Positions 27,721 through 40,160 of a stretch of 64,000 nt of DNA are shown here, in pieces. This DNA comes from Octopus vulgaris (Eukaryota), in contig OX597822.1 in the NCBI GenBank assembly GCA_951406725.2, positions 27,404,001 to 27,468,000 of the forward strand. Reading direction: 5' to 3'. The translations under genes and the position numbers were made by a program. A model generated the notes under the pieces. It searched no databases, was not told where the DNA came from, and saw nothing but the letters and a program-made list of their open reading frames with translations. Position 1 is the stretch's first letter; each line of letters opens with the position of its first letter.

Positions 27721-29178
27721 GTGAAAATTTTACTCTTCCGCCCTTTTTTTCTCCTTGACTACTCAAATATGTAAACAAACATTTTATCGCAACAAATTAA
27801 ACGCACGATAAAAATTAAGGAGATAAGTACCTAACAATATATACAAACTGCACAAATACGAAAACTATAATACAACTCGACTTCGGCGGAATTCGAAATC
27901 AGAACGCACTGACGGGCGAAATACTGTTAAGCATTTCGTCCAACAACAATAGTGAGAGGAAGATGTTGATGAAGGAGAAAAAGGAGCTCATTGTATATGG
28001 AACTCAGGTGCATCATAATTCACCGGAAGAGGCTGCACGACTGAAAAGAAAGCATCAATAAGTAAAGTAAAAGGTAAAATGAGCAATGAAACCCAGAAGC
28101 ACAGTACCCAATAAAACGCAAAAAAAAAGGCACATCAGGGGTAGTTTTCAGAAGAAGATATTTTCTAATCGATAGTAAAGAAAATTGTATCAATTACAGT
28201 TATTCTTTCCGAAGTATTATAAAACATAAAAAAAGAAGAGAAGTAAAGTACAGCGTTGTTGCAAATCAAATTCTATTTGGGTGAATTTAACTTAACAATC
28301 GAAAGCCATTATACTAATGAGCATTTCATCTGAGAGTAGAATTAATTTCGATAATGGAAATTGTATTCCCAAACATGGTACAGTTTAAAATATGCGAAGA
28401 ATATCCTGTGAAAGTGAAAGTAAAATCTAATACGGATTTACAGTGAACACTTTAAATATGGTTGCTTTAAGATGTAGTCACACTAACAGAATTTCAGCTT
28501 CTATTAAAACCTTAATGTAAAGCACTAGTTAGGTGCATAATAACAATTAATAACATAGATACGAGATAAAATATTTTCGAGGAGGGGATATTATAGACCA
28601 CAATAAGTTCAATCTCTTGTCATTATTGTATTTCAGAAATTTTCAAAGATGTAATGCTGACAGGGAAAATAGGAGTATTTTGATTGAGAACATAAAGTAA
28701 TGTAAGTAAATGCTTCAAAACACTCAATTTCTTGATCTGACTCACCTGCTACGACCTCTTATACACTGGTTTCACACGCTGTCACAGAAAAGCAACTCAT
28801 CTCCATCAGCTTCAGCTAGATTAAAATCATATCTGTATATTCGGTGTATGAATAAACGCACACACACGCGCCAACGCACACATACACACACACATAAACA
28901 TCCTCACACACACACGCATACATACATGCAAACATACAAATATAAATACATACACACAAATACACGTATATATATTCATATATATATATGCATACATTCA
29001 TATATGTATGAATGTATGTATGTATGTATTTATGTATGTATGTATGTATGTATGAATGTATGTATATAGACACACACAGACACACACACTTATATGGACT
29101 AGGTGTGGTGGTCACTATAGACATTAAATTGATACTTAGGTCTAACATTATCAATCCGTCTTAAGTCGAATGCTGTTA

Positions 29179-30406
29179 TTAGGTTGTTCCGAAAATAATG
29201 GCCGATTTCAGAAACTATTATTTTCGGGAAAAAATTAACAATAGAAATGTTTTGATTAGTGAAAGTATGAGCCGTGAACATCTATGTATCTCTGTCATCG
29301 ATCAGCGACATTATTTATGTCTCGTTGATAAAAACTTATTGGCTTTGATGGTAAGAAATCTTTGAAAGGTGATTCCACCTGTGGTTTGGATTTGAAAGTT
29401 TTATCACTTAAAAACGTGTTTAAGTGCTTTATAAAATGGTAGTCAGTGGGTGAAAGATCAGAAGAATATGGAGGATGTGGTAAAGTCTCGTATACCAAGT
29501 CTGTGTGTTTCTGCAGCGTCATTCTTGCAACATGTGACTTTGCATTATCGTGGAGCAGAATTGGGCCACGCCGATTCACCAGTGCAGGTCTCAATTTTTG
29601 CAAGTGAGTATGCATTTCCGCGAGTTGATTGCAGTAAACCTCTGCTGTAATGCTCTGATTGGCATCTAGAAAGCTGTAATGGACAACACGAATGGCAGAC
29701 CACCAGACAGTCACCGTAATATTTTGCTGATGCAACTTTGGCTATGGGAAATGTTTCGGAGACACATCACACTCAAACCATTGACCTGATCGTTTACGGT
29801 TATCATAAAGGATCCACTTTTCGTCACAAGTGACTATTCAGTCAAGGAAAGGATCATTGGTGTCCCGCAGAAAGAGCCGAAATTTTTGATTTTCATTGAG
29901 CTCATGTGGTACCCATTTATCGAGCTTTTTCACCTTACCAATCTTCTACATATTGCGTGAGACCGTTGCAATACCGATACCAAATACCTGAGACATTTCT
30001 CTGACGCTTTGACGTGGGTTTTGTTCAACAATTGCTTTCAGTTGTTCATTGTCAAGACTGCATGACCGTCCTCTACCTTCTTCGCCTTCAAGGCTCTCAT
30101 CACCACTACAGCATTTCTGAAACCATCTTCGTACTGTGCGATCACTTGTGGACTCCTATCCCCATGCTCCGTTGATATTGGCAGCAGTTTGAGAGGCATT
30201 GTGCCCAAGCTTGAACCCATGCAAGAAAAATAAGCGAAGGTCCTTTTTTCTCATGTTCATAATAAGGGCACCTATACTTGAAATAAGTAGAAAATTATTA
30301 AAGCGCGTACATATGTCGGAATTCAATTAAAACATAATTAAAACGCAATGATAAAATTGCGATTCAAAACACATTTAGAGCCGCCATTATTTTTGGAATA
30401 ACCTAA
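29179..30406 (-). mobile_element. Full-length decayed mariner (cecropia/Hsmar1-like)
   Basis: TA-flanked TIRs ttaggttgttccgaaaataatggc and gccattatttttggaataacctaa. ORF 29295-29735 contains LLHDNA and HPPYSSDLSPTDYH. Confidence 0.93.
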
Positions 30407-30419
30407 TAGTACACAGTTT

Positions 30420-30489
<70 letters not shown>

Positions 30490-30699
30490 CTACATACATA
30501 CATACATATACACATACATACATATATGCATACACGCATACATTTACACATACATATGTATACAAACTCATACGTTAGCATATATGAGTCTCTCATCTTT
30601 ATGCATGTCTTTATGTGTTCGTCGTACTCTTAACAAATATCATTATAGGTGTGGTAACTGACATAAACAAAGAACATTGTATTTTTGTTGCATTATTTT

Positions 30700-30942
30700 G
30701 ATGTGTGTGTGTGGGGGGTGTAACATTTTTTATCTGTGTTTGCTCTCCACCACCGTTTGACGAGCAGTGTTGGTGTGTTTATGTTTCCGTAAATTAGTGG
30801 ATCGTCAAAAAGAGATCGATAGAATACGTGTCAGTCTTTGAAAAATTAAGTACCGGGGTGGATTCATTCGACTAAAATTTATAAAGATGATATTCTTGCA
30901 TGGAAACAGTTTAATGAGTGAAACATGTAAGAGATAAAAGAT
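30700..30942 (+). mobile_element. SINE family B, 3' half
   Basis: gagatcgatagaata...gattcattcgactaaa...tgaaacatgtaagaga. Confidence 0.75.
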
Positions 30943-31034
30943 ATAGTAAGTATAAATATAGATAAGCAGAAATACAGTAAACAGAAGCACCAGGAAAGCG
31001 AGAGTTCATAAAAGATTTTCATGGTTAGGTCAAG

Positions 31035-31366
31035 TGTAAAGACCTCCTTCGGTCATGGATGACCATGGGATTGCATCTAGTAAATTACCTTCCGAGGCAC
31101 AAGTGCGATCAAGGTTATTTTCTGGAAGACCAGCAGTCGTTCAAGCATACCAGCCTCTCTTCTCCATGCCACCGATGTTGTCTAAGGGAAAGAGAAAGGC
31201 CTGGCATCTGTGACATCGCAACTCATTTCTACAGGTGATGGAACTGGAGTAAGATGAAGTAAAGTGTCTTGTTCAAGAATGCTACACACATCCCGCTTCC
31301 AGGAATCGAACTCCTCACCTCAAGATTGTGAGATCGACGTCCTAGCCACGGAGCCATGAGCTTTCA
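31035..31366 (-). mobile_element. tRNA-derived SINE, family D
   Basis: Minus-strand head with B-box gagttcgattcc. Homologous to 59622-59953. Confidence 0.8.
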
Positions 31367-31779
31367 CTATTGGATAGATAAACATTCTAAAAGTGCATAC
31401 CCTGAAGTCACAAGTAATAAAGAGACGAGTCTTCTTAGTCCTTCCTAGTAGTTCTTCACAGTGACGTATGTTGATATCAGGAGATTTTATATCGGAACGT
31501 CGCATATAAGAGAGAAGAGAATAGTGGTAATTGTTTATAGCTGATCCTGGTGTTGGCGCTCAGGAAGTATAGTATTGTATATTCTGTTTATATATCCATA
31601 AAGCAAAATGGTGTTAGCTAATGTATGTGAAATAACACAAATTAAAATTCTATAAAAATATAAGCATTTCATCTTTTCGTAGATGAATTATGTGTTAATA
31701 TAATCTAGATTTGTGTCATTTCATATATATTCGTTAACACCTCAGGAAGAGAATCTGAGAACAATTCCATCTTTGTTTG

Positions 31780-32100
31780 AAACACCTCTGCGAAAGACAG
31801 GAAGTTTGTTTGCATTAACGCTAAAAAATTGGAGGCCATTAGTGTCGATCGCTCTCGCAGCAGTTGGAGACTATACGAGTGTTTAAAAAGACGAGAAGAG
31901 AGACTGTAAATTGCTCAGAAAGAAAAGCAAATTCGATGAGAACGCAGTACTAGGATAGGACTAGCGAACAGTGCCTTCATATGTAAGTGCTGCAGCTGTA
32001 ACTGTAGAGGCCCACTCAAAAGCAGGCTTTTACAGTAGATGCCAAGAGAAGACTTTTCCTAGTACAGATCCGTGGTCTCGTGAGACTAACAAATGCTCTC
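31780..32100 (+). mobile_element. RTE (BovB-like) LINE 3' fragment
   Basis: Degenerate W..L..DRS region, then AFICKCC..C..SKAG resembling a zinc-finger C-terminus. Confidence 0.45.
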
Positions 32101-32119
32101 GTATCCCCATATATTACAG

Positions 32120-33001
32120 ACACATACACATACATACACACATACATACATCCCCTCCCCTCCCCTCTCTTCTCTCCCCCTCTCACTCTTCCCATCCCCC
32201 GCCCCCTCTCTTCTCTCCTCTCCTTCTCTCTCTCCTCATATACCCACCTTCCCCGCCCCTATAAACCCACACACCCCTACTCCACCTTCCCTATCCTTCC
32301 CACCCCTTCCCCCACTCTACCTCACACTCTACCCTACACACCTAACCCCTATCCCACCCCTCTCCCCCACATACCTCACCCATATCCCATACACTTCCCC
32401 CACATACATTACCTCTAACCCCACCCTCTACCTACCCCAACCCCCAGCCGAACCCACACCCCACCCGTGCTTTCCCCACTCTCGCCTCCCCCACTTCCCC
32501 ACAACATCACATCACAACACACCACCCACAGCACACCGCCCACACACCCATCCCTACATCTTTACACCTACACATACATACACATATCACATCACAACAC
32601 ACCACCCACACACCCATCCCCACATCTCCACACCCACACATACACACACACATCCAGACTACCAGTCCTCTTTCACACGCACATACATACTCTCTTATAC
32701 ACACACGCACCTTTGTGTTGGGGGCACCTTCGTATTGGAAGTCACTTGACCCTGTTATCTCCCCTACTGTCCTTCTCGCGTCTGACCACTGTCCGAAGTC
32801 AGGACGCCATGATAGATCGTTAGCTCCTACACGCATTTTTTTCTCTCCTTGTTTTTTTCTGTGTATCTTTCTGTCGAAGATCGTAGGCTCGAAACGTAAA
32901 AGACTTTTTCTATTTCTATCCCTGAGCACTATACTAATACATTTGTGTGTTTGTACTCCACCTGCCTTCGTCTTTTGTTTATTTTCGTAAACTTTCCCGT
33001 T
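32120..33001 (+). mobile_element. Penelope-like 3' region: C-rich tract plus a hammerhead-bearing terminus ending in (TA)n
   Basis: 32835-33001 is homologous to 55890-56072. Confidence 0.65.
32866..32903 (+). ncRNA. Minimal hammerhead ribozyme (CUGUCGA core)
   Basis: UCUUU-CUGUCGA-A-GAUC-GUAG-GCUC-GAAA-CGU-A-AAAGA. Confidence 0.7.
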
Positions 33002-33378
33002 ATATATATATATATAATCATATATTTATATCCAATCATATATTTCTGGATACCCGTAATGCAGGGTATAATGACAGCTGGAATACTTTTGGTTATTATT
33101 CTACTCAACTATTTATGACATGGGTCTAAATAACAACTCCAATACTAAGTACAAACAACCAGCAATCCATAAGTGGTGGTTTCCTTCATCATGTTTCCTA
33201 ATACTTGACTCGGAGGCTATGCAATCATTCATAAGAATCATCCTTCCTATACGGGCTAAAAATATAATATGATATAATATTGTTATATTTAGGGACGGTC
33301 ATATTTTGCCAATAAACACACGTATTATTTATTTGAACTTCTCATTAGGCTCTTTCTTATTATTAGTTTACTTGTTAA

Positions 33379-33590
33379 GGCGGCGAACTGAGGGTATCAT
33401 TAGCATGCTGGGCGAAATGCTTAACAGCATTTCGTCCGTCTTCACATTCTAACTTAAAATTCTGCCGAGGTCGACTTTGTCTTTTATTTTTTCGGTGTCG
33501 ATAGAATAAGTACCAGTTGAGTAATGGGGTCGATGTTATCGATGTGTCTCTTCCCCCAAAATTGCTGGCCTTATCCCAAAATTTAAAATC
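33379..33590 (+). mobile_element. SINE family A, diverged
   Basis: Head ggcggcgaactg and ccgaggtcgactttg..taagtaccagtt. Confidence 0.85.
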
Positions 33591-34610
33591 ATTATTAGTT
33601 TGCCAGTTTTTTCATCTCATATTCTGGTGACCTTTACAACAACATTCTGTCCCTCGTATCTCCTCTTCTCTCTGGTGTTGCCTGTCTATTCCATTCTATC
33701 ATTCTGTGGTATGTGCTCAAAACTGCGATGTGTTTACGTTTGTATTTGAGTATGCAAACTATGTTTCCAGTATATTCATGTGTCTTTTGTGAACGATTAT
33801 ATGGTCCTGTATATTATGCTGTACCCGTCTTTTATTTACCAATTCATTATTTATATAGAATAATAATTTACATAATATAATCTATCTATACATTTGTGTG
33901 TGTGTGTGTGTGTGTAAATATATCAGTGTGTGTAAGAAAAAAGAGGAGGAGGAGTGAAGCATTGTGCTTATTTCATTCCTCTTATGACTGATGTGTAGAA
34001 TGGGAAAATGGAAACGTCCTAAATGTTCATAACAAATGGATCCTGCAAAAAGCGCTCTCGTACCAGGGGATTATCGTATACGGGGCGACAGATTAAGTCT
34101 TCAAACTAAGGACAAAATCTGTTGTTCCAGTCAACTTTCGATCAGTTTCAATTAACAAAGTTTCAACAAAGACATTTGATGACTTGAGACGTATAGTAGA
34201 AGATTAGTGAGAGAGGTGCCGCCGTGTAGGCGCGAACTTGATACAACGTAATCGAGAAATGAACACAGGGCCATGTCTAACACATTGAACTGTAAAATGA
34301 AATTGCTTTATGTGGTTCATTATTTTAAACCGTGTCTCCTTATTGATGTAATTTCAACGTGTTAAAAGAAATGGACTTATGTTACAAAATCAATAATAAG
34401 TCACCTTAACCGTGAAAATCCAATATCAATTTCGTTTTGTATTAATGTTGTATGAATAACACAACGTTCGCAAATACACAAACAAACACACACATATATA
34501 TATATGTGTGTGTGTGTGTGTTTGTGCATTTGCGAGTGGGGGGGTGTTTCTGTGTGTCCATATATATTATACTCGTGTATTGGCGGCTATCCAAATATAT
34601 ATATGTATGT

Positions 34611-34734
<124 letters not shown>

Positions 34735-34774
34735 AGACTGAGAGAGAGAGACAGAAAGAGAAAGAGAGAGAGAC

Positions 34775-34813
<39 letters not shown>

Positions 34814-35494
34814 TAAATATAAGTGGGCTGAGGTTCACTACATCTGTTTCAGATGTGTTTCTTATTGATGGTAAATCAGTAGCATCATGTAAAATACCCA
34901 TTTTCTTCATGTGAATTAAAATATACACCAAAATCGGAGCTTTCCTCTCGTTGGATCTTGAGCCTAAAGTGAACTGTGGACTGCATGTCGGAGAATACCC
35001 TTGCCTGAATTTATATAGACGTTGTGATTATTTGGTCTGCACATGTGAATACATACATAACTGAAAGGACAAATCCGCATATACTCTAAGAAGTACGTGA
35101 GTATCCATATACACTGTTGATACCCGGTAAGCTATTCGTAACTCTATCTTGGTGTCTCCACTGAAATACTGCGATTCTATAGGGTCCTGAATTAATTATA
35201 CACACATAGATATGTATGTATGTATGTACATATTTTACAAAATTTTGTACGATTCTGTTCCTATCAACCCTTTCACGCTTTTTCGTTCATTTCACTCTTC
35301 GTTCTTTCGTTCTCCCTCTCTCATATTTCTTTGCCTTCCCTTCTTACTCACTTTCCCATCACTTTTCACCTCACTATGTCCCTGTCATATTGTCTCGCCC
35401 CTCCTTAATTCTTCTGTCCATCTGCTTCTACAACTCTCTATCTTCTCTTACCCCTCCTTAATTCTTTTGTTCCTCTGCTTCTACTTTTCTTTAT

Positions 35495-35978
35495 CTTCTC
35501 TTCCCACATGACCGATCGGCCAGACTGCTCGCTCTTTCTGGGACTGACCGCGGTCCGTGCAACATCGATATTCTTCCGTGTGTTTGTGAAATTTTTGCAT
35601 CTCTGCCGTAAGACTTCATTTCCACACGCGCCAGCTAAATTCAATTCGTCCCGAGTCGAAAGACACCAGTTGTTATGTCCTGTTATTAATTGTATTGTAT
35701 TTATATTTGTGTAACATTGTCTGAATATCCGTCCTTGTTTTTGTATACATTCAATGCTTTCTTCCAACGAATGTAATGCTCCTAGTTTAGTTTTTCCTTG
35801 GTGCTGGCCAGATTAATCAGCCGAAATCGTGAGGATGATCTGGTTCTTGACTGAGAATAAAAAGCTTCGAGTGACCCTTCCTTGTTTTTTTCGTATCGTC
35901 TATCTGGATGTTTTTGGTGTTCCTTTTTTTATGACCTAGTTGTCCGGATGTTTTGCGTTCTTGCCCCATTTTGTATTA
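35495..35978 (+). mobile_element. Element ending in (TA)n, related to 51550-51940
   Basis: Shared block agattaatcagccgaaat..gatgatc.ggttcttgactga..gcttcga. Confidence 0.6.
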
Positions 35979-36176
35979 TATATATATATATATATATACT
36001 ACTACTACTAATATAGGATGAAGTTTTTTTACAGAAAAAAATTCCATCAAAAACTGTGGCAGCATATTAAAATACCTTTACGGTTAAAATTATAAACAAC
36101 TTATAAATAAGGGCTAAAGAAAATTATTTCAATGCTAATTGGAATAGTTAGTATAAAGCATTGTGTGGAATATATT

Positions 36177-37398
36177 ATATAAGATTCGTGGGTAAGACCG
36201 GAACAATGCGAAATAATCCAAGGCAAATCACAAGAAAAAAGGCACATGGGTTAATGGGGACTTACATTGCATTCAATATTTCTGGGTTACGACCCACTCT
36301 TCAAGCATTAGCGAACGTTGCAAATTTAACCTTCGTCAGGAATTAGCGAATATTGCTGATGTATATGTATTAATGTGGGGAGTAGACATGAGCATAATGT
36401 TGTTGTTATAATAACAAGCAAGCTTCATATAAGTCTCTTCTGTTGTTGATAGTCGGCTTCCATTGGTGTATTAATTTGTCTTCGCACATTCTAAGGTTGA
36501 ATATGTTGTGCTGTGTTGCCCTGATGTGCACTCTGAACTCTCGGGTCTGGCATTGCCGTAGATGTTTCTTACCAGAGGTGTCTGTCTGCATGTGTACTTT
36601 TATGCGTATGTGTAGTTTTCTTGTTGTGCTTCCTATGTAGCTGAACACGTATACAACATAGGCTCTCTGGCACATTTTGGGGTCCTTGATGGGCAATTTG
36701 ATAATGTGCACTCATCGATGTTGTGAAATGTGTTGTTCGTAGCCAGAACTTTTCTCAGGGATGGACCGGTGTGTATTATCTGTATGTCGAGTGTCTCCCT
36801 GCGGACTGCATTTTGTATCGCAGTAGTAGTCCTGTCATCAAAATATGGTAGGTTTACAAAGCACAGCCGGACTGGGCAGTATGAGTGTTCTTCTGGGGTT
36901 TATAGACCCTGATGTTTTTTTTATGTGCTGTAGCTTGGCTAAAGATGGTTGGTAGCTACCTATGTGCATCCTATATAGAAAGTACAAAAAGAAACTGCAC
37001 ATACATATAAAAGAATACATGCAGACAGACATTTTCATGAAGAAACATCTACGAAAATGCCAGACCCGAGAGTTCACAGTGCAACAGAGGCAACCTTAGA
37101 ATCTCTGAAGCCACAAAAATACGCCAACGGAAGCCGACTATCAACTACAGAAGAGAGTTATATGAAGCTAGCTGGTTGCTATAACAACAACTTTCTGCAT
37201 GTGTCTAATCCCCACATATTCATATATATATGTACATCTGCAACGTTCGTTAATTCCTGAGGAAGGCGATATTTGCAACATTCGCTAATTCTTGAAGAGG
37301 GCGGGGGTCATAACCATGAAACATTGAATGCAGGGTAAGTGACCATTAATTCATATTTATGGATGTATTTCGCATTGTTCGGCCTTACTCATGAATTT

Positions 37399-37401
<3 letters not shown>
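36177..37401 (-). mobile_element. Penelope-like element 3' part (linker and GIY-YIG endonuclease) with an inverted pseudo-LTR
   Basis: Minus strand reads VNLPYFDD..IQIIHTGPSLRKVL, a Cys-containing linker, then VVY..YIGSTTRKLHIRIK.H..WKPTINNR. Segment 36177-36642 is repeated in inverted orientation at about 36965-37401. Confidence 0.88.
36406..36711 (-). pseudogene. GIY-YIG endonuclease remnant of a Penelope-like element
   Basis: VVY and YIG motifs, R..R..H, and a terminal P.IN. Confidence 0.85.
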
Positions 37402-37467
<66 letters not shown>

Positions 37468-37508
37468 ATAATATATATATATTTATGTAATATATATGTG
37501 TGTGTGGC

Positions 37509-37545
<37 letters not shown>

Positions 37546-37711
37546 GTAGCATACTGTCAATCTAACAAGAACGTGACAGTAGGGAGTACACCACCGTTGT
37601 ATAGCCCTAGGAGGCATCGAACGCCTCCTGACAGCTTCGACACATTTTTTCCCTGTGTCCTTATATACATATACGAAGGGGAGACAAACACCCCCAACCG
37701 CCGGAACTGCA

Positions 37712-37757
37712 TCTAGGGACAGCGTGTTTCAGGATCATTGTCCTTCATCTGCCTAGA
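37712..37757 (-). ncRNA. Hammerhead ribozyme (CAGAUGA core)
   Basis: Minus strand reads UCUAGG-CAGAUGA-AGGA-caauga-UCCU-GAAA-CA-cgc-UGU-C-CCUAGA. All three stems pair. Confidence 0.8.
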
Positions 37758-37847
37758 GTAGCAGACACCGGTCGGCTGGTGATATTTGTCTGGGCTTCGC
37801 ATCTGTATATATGTAAACTCAGTGAAGTCTATTCACTGATTATCAAA

Positions 37848-37952
37848 ATAAGAAATATTGAATTTCTAAATCTCTCGTAGAGAGATGTACGGTGGTGGGG
37901 CGCGCCCCACCACCGTACATCTCTCTACGAGAGATTTAGAAATTTAATATTT

Positions 37953-37957
<5 letters not shown>
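37848..37957. repeat. 110-bp palindrome with no spacer and one mismatch
   Basis: Centred on ggggcgcgcccc at 37897-37908. Confidence 0.95.
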
Positions 37958-38009
<52 letters not shown>

Positions 38010-38013
<4 letters not shown>

Positions 38014-39221
38014 ACGGTTGGCTAGGTGCATTTCTGGTGACCCACATAGGAATAATGGCACCATGATGTCTAGTAGAAAAGTGACAGTCTTTTGTTTAAT
38101 GGAGGACTAATGGGTTTTGGAATGACCTGTGACCTTGTGCGGGTGAATTAGGGGTCGCTCTGGACACCCCTTGAATATGTCGTAGGAGCAGATGGAGAGG
38201 GTATTGACAGTAAGAGAGAAGGACAGGCAGAGAGTATGGTAGAGCTGTCATGAGAGGGTAAGGGACAGTAGGCGATAGCGATAGAGTAAGAGCAGAGGGC
38301 AAATAGAAAGGATAAGCAATAAGGGACAGATTGAGGATAGAGATAGGCAGGAAGGGAGCAGGGCAGTTAGAGAGGGTATGAGCGGTACAGAGGGAGATGA
38401 GGGAGTGGAAGAAGGACAGAGACGGAAGTGAGGTCTTGGCAGTCGTTGAGCGGTCGTCGAAGAACACAGACGGATCTTGCAGTCGCTGGCCGGTCCTCGA
38501 AGAAGACAGACGGACCTTGGATTTAAGGAGCAAGCGTTGGAATTCTTAGGAGCAAGCTGGGATGCGAGAAAGCTTGGCGGCACAGAAGGGATATGTACAG
38601 AGGATTTAGCAGTATTGAGAGATGAGTGCAGAATGGGACACTGGCGATTCAGTTAGGAATTAAGGTATGTGATTGTGTATTGATACGTGTCACGATGTAA
38701 AAGAAAAGAAGAGAAAGAAGAGAGAAAAAGAAGGACTCTGTCGATGTAGTCGATAAAGAACATTGTGAATTGAGTAAAGGACTTGTTGAATTGTAACGTG
38801 AATTGCTGTGATACGAACATTGTATAATGTATCGAAGTGTTCTGATTGGACTGTGACGTATCGTGAACATTATTTGATCTGGACTTGTTGTGTCGTTACT
38901 GAACACTGTTATATTGTTACATGCATGTTGTTAAATGCTTTGATCTGTGGTATACCGTATGATGTATTGATTTGTTGTTTGCCTTAAATGCTTTGATGTT
39001 GTAACAATTGTAATTGTCATATAAACCGTTGTTTTAATATAAGCCAGTGTCTCTGTTGCCTTGCCTCTCTTTGGGTTGTATCTCGGGTTGTGCCTCTGTA
39101 TCTCTGTGCTGTTGAGGTTGTGGCAGTATCTATCTGTATCTCCTCTCTCCGCCTCTTTGGGTTCCGTGGCGGAACTTGTGTGAGCCGTTCGGGGCGGGCG
39201 ACGACGGGTGATTCCGTAACA
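38010..39221. mobile_element. Probable solo LTR inserted in (TA)n
   Basis: Termini TGTTACGG...CCGTAACA (TG..CA, 8-bp inverted), ATAT on both sides, GC content above background, no credible ORF. Confidence 0.75.
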
Positions 39222-39324
39222 ATATATATATAAAAGTAAATATATGGCACAACGAAGCACCGATATTTACTGGAAAATAGAGAACGTAATAAATACGACG
39301 CTAAGGTATATATATATATGCGTT

Positions 39325-39670
39325 GAGGCGCAATGACCCAGTGGTTAGGGCAGTGGACTCGCGGTTGTAGGATCGCGGTTTCAATTCCCAGACCTGGTGT
39401 GGTGAGTGTTTATGGAACGAAAGCACATAAAGCTCCACGAAGCTCCGGCAGGGTGTGGTGGCGCACCCTGCTGTACTCTTTATCCACAACTTTCTCTCAC
39501 TCTTCCTTCCTCTTTCACGAGCAGGCTGTTCCGTTGATCGGATCAACTGGAACCCTCGTCGTCATAACCGACGGAGTGCCACGATATATCGCGGTTGTAG
39601 GATCGCGGTTTCAATTCCCAGACCTGGTGTGGTGAGTGTTTATGGAACGAAAGCACATAAAGCTCCACGA
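39325..39670 (+). mobile_element. SINE family C, internally deleted, with a partial tandem duplicate
   Basis: Homologous to the copy at 45126. Segment 39359-39440 is repeated at 39588-39670. Confidence 0.88.
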
Positions 39671-39972
39671 AATATACGATGCAGTTGTCCACATATTCCC
39701 CAGCCAAACTATATGCCAAGGTTATAGCAGACGAGGGTGTTGTATATTTGGGGCAATGTGTAGGTCATTCTAGTGCAAAACGAACTAACCCAGTGTATAG
39801 CTATTTTGTTAATATTTTATCTCTACCCTTGTGTTTTCATGTCTCTGTTTTAGGGCCCATTTTTCTCACTAATTTATTTTGCATATTTTGACCTATGCTA
39901 ACGTATATATCTCTTGCCCAGTCTATATTTCTTGGAACCGAAGCTTTTCATAAATTTGGAGTAATAATGTAC

Positions 39973-40160
39973 CGGCAGAATCGTTAGCACGTCGAATAAA
40001 ATGCTTAACGGCATTTTCCCGACTTGTTACGTCGTAATCAAATCTCATCGAGTCTCCTTTGCTTTTCATTACTTCGAGGTCGATAAAATAAATCACTAGT
40101 TAAGTACTAGAGTCGATGCAATTCATTTCCTCCTCTTCACAAAATTGCTTTCCTTGAGTC
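39973..40160 (+). mobile_element. SINE family A, highly diverged
   Basis: ggcagaatcgttagcac..aaatgcttaacggcatttt..gaggtcgataaaataa. Confidence 0.75.

Larger units (their letters stand above)
37540..37957 (-). mobile_element. Element flanked by (TA)n with a hammerhead and a terminal palindrome
   Basis: TA arrays on both sides, HHR at 37712-37757, palindrome at 37848-37957. Confidence 0.65.

Noticed and set aside
32080-32823. Pro/His-rich ORFs
   Set aside because: C-rich low-complexity tract upstream of a hammerhead element.
34860-35003. Possible minus-strand exon (FRLKIQREESSDFGVY, Ig-like)
   Set aside because: It lacks the conserved Cys, the donor is weak and no neighbouring exons support it.
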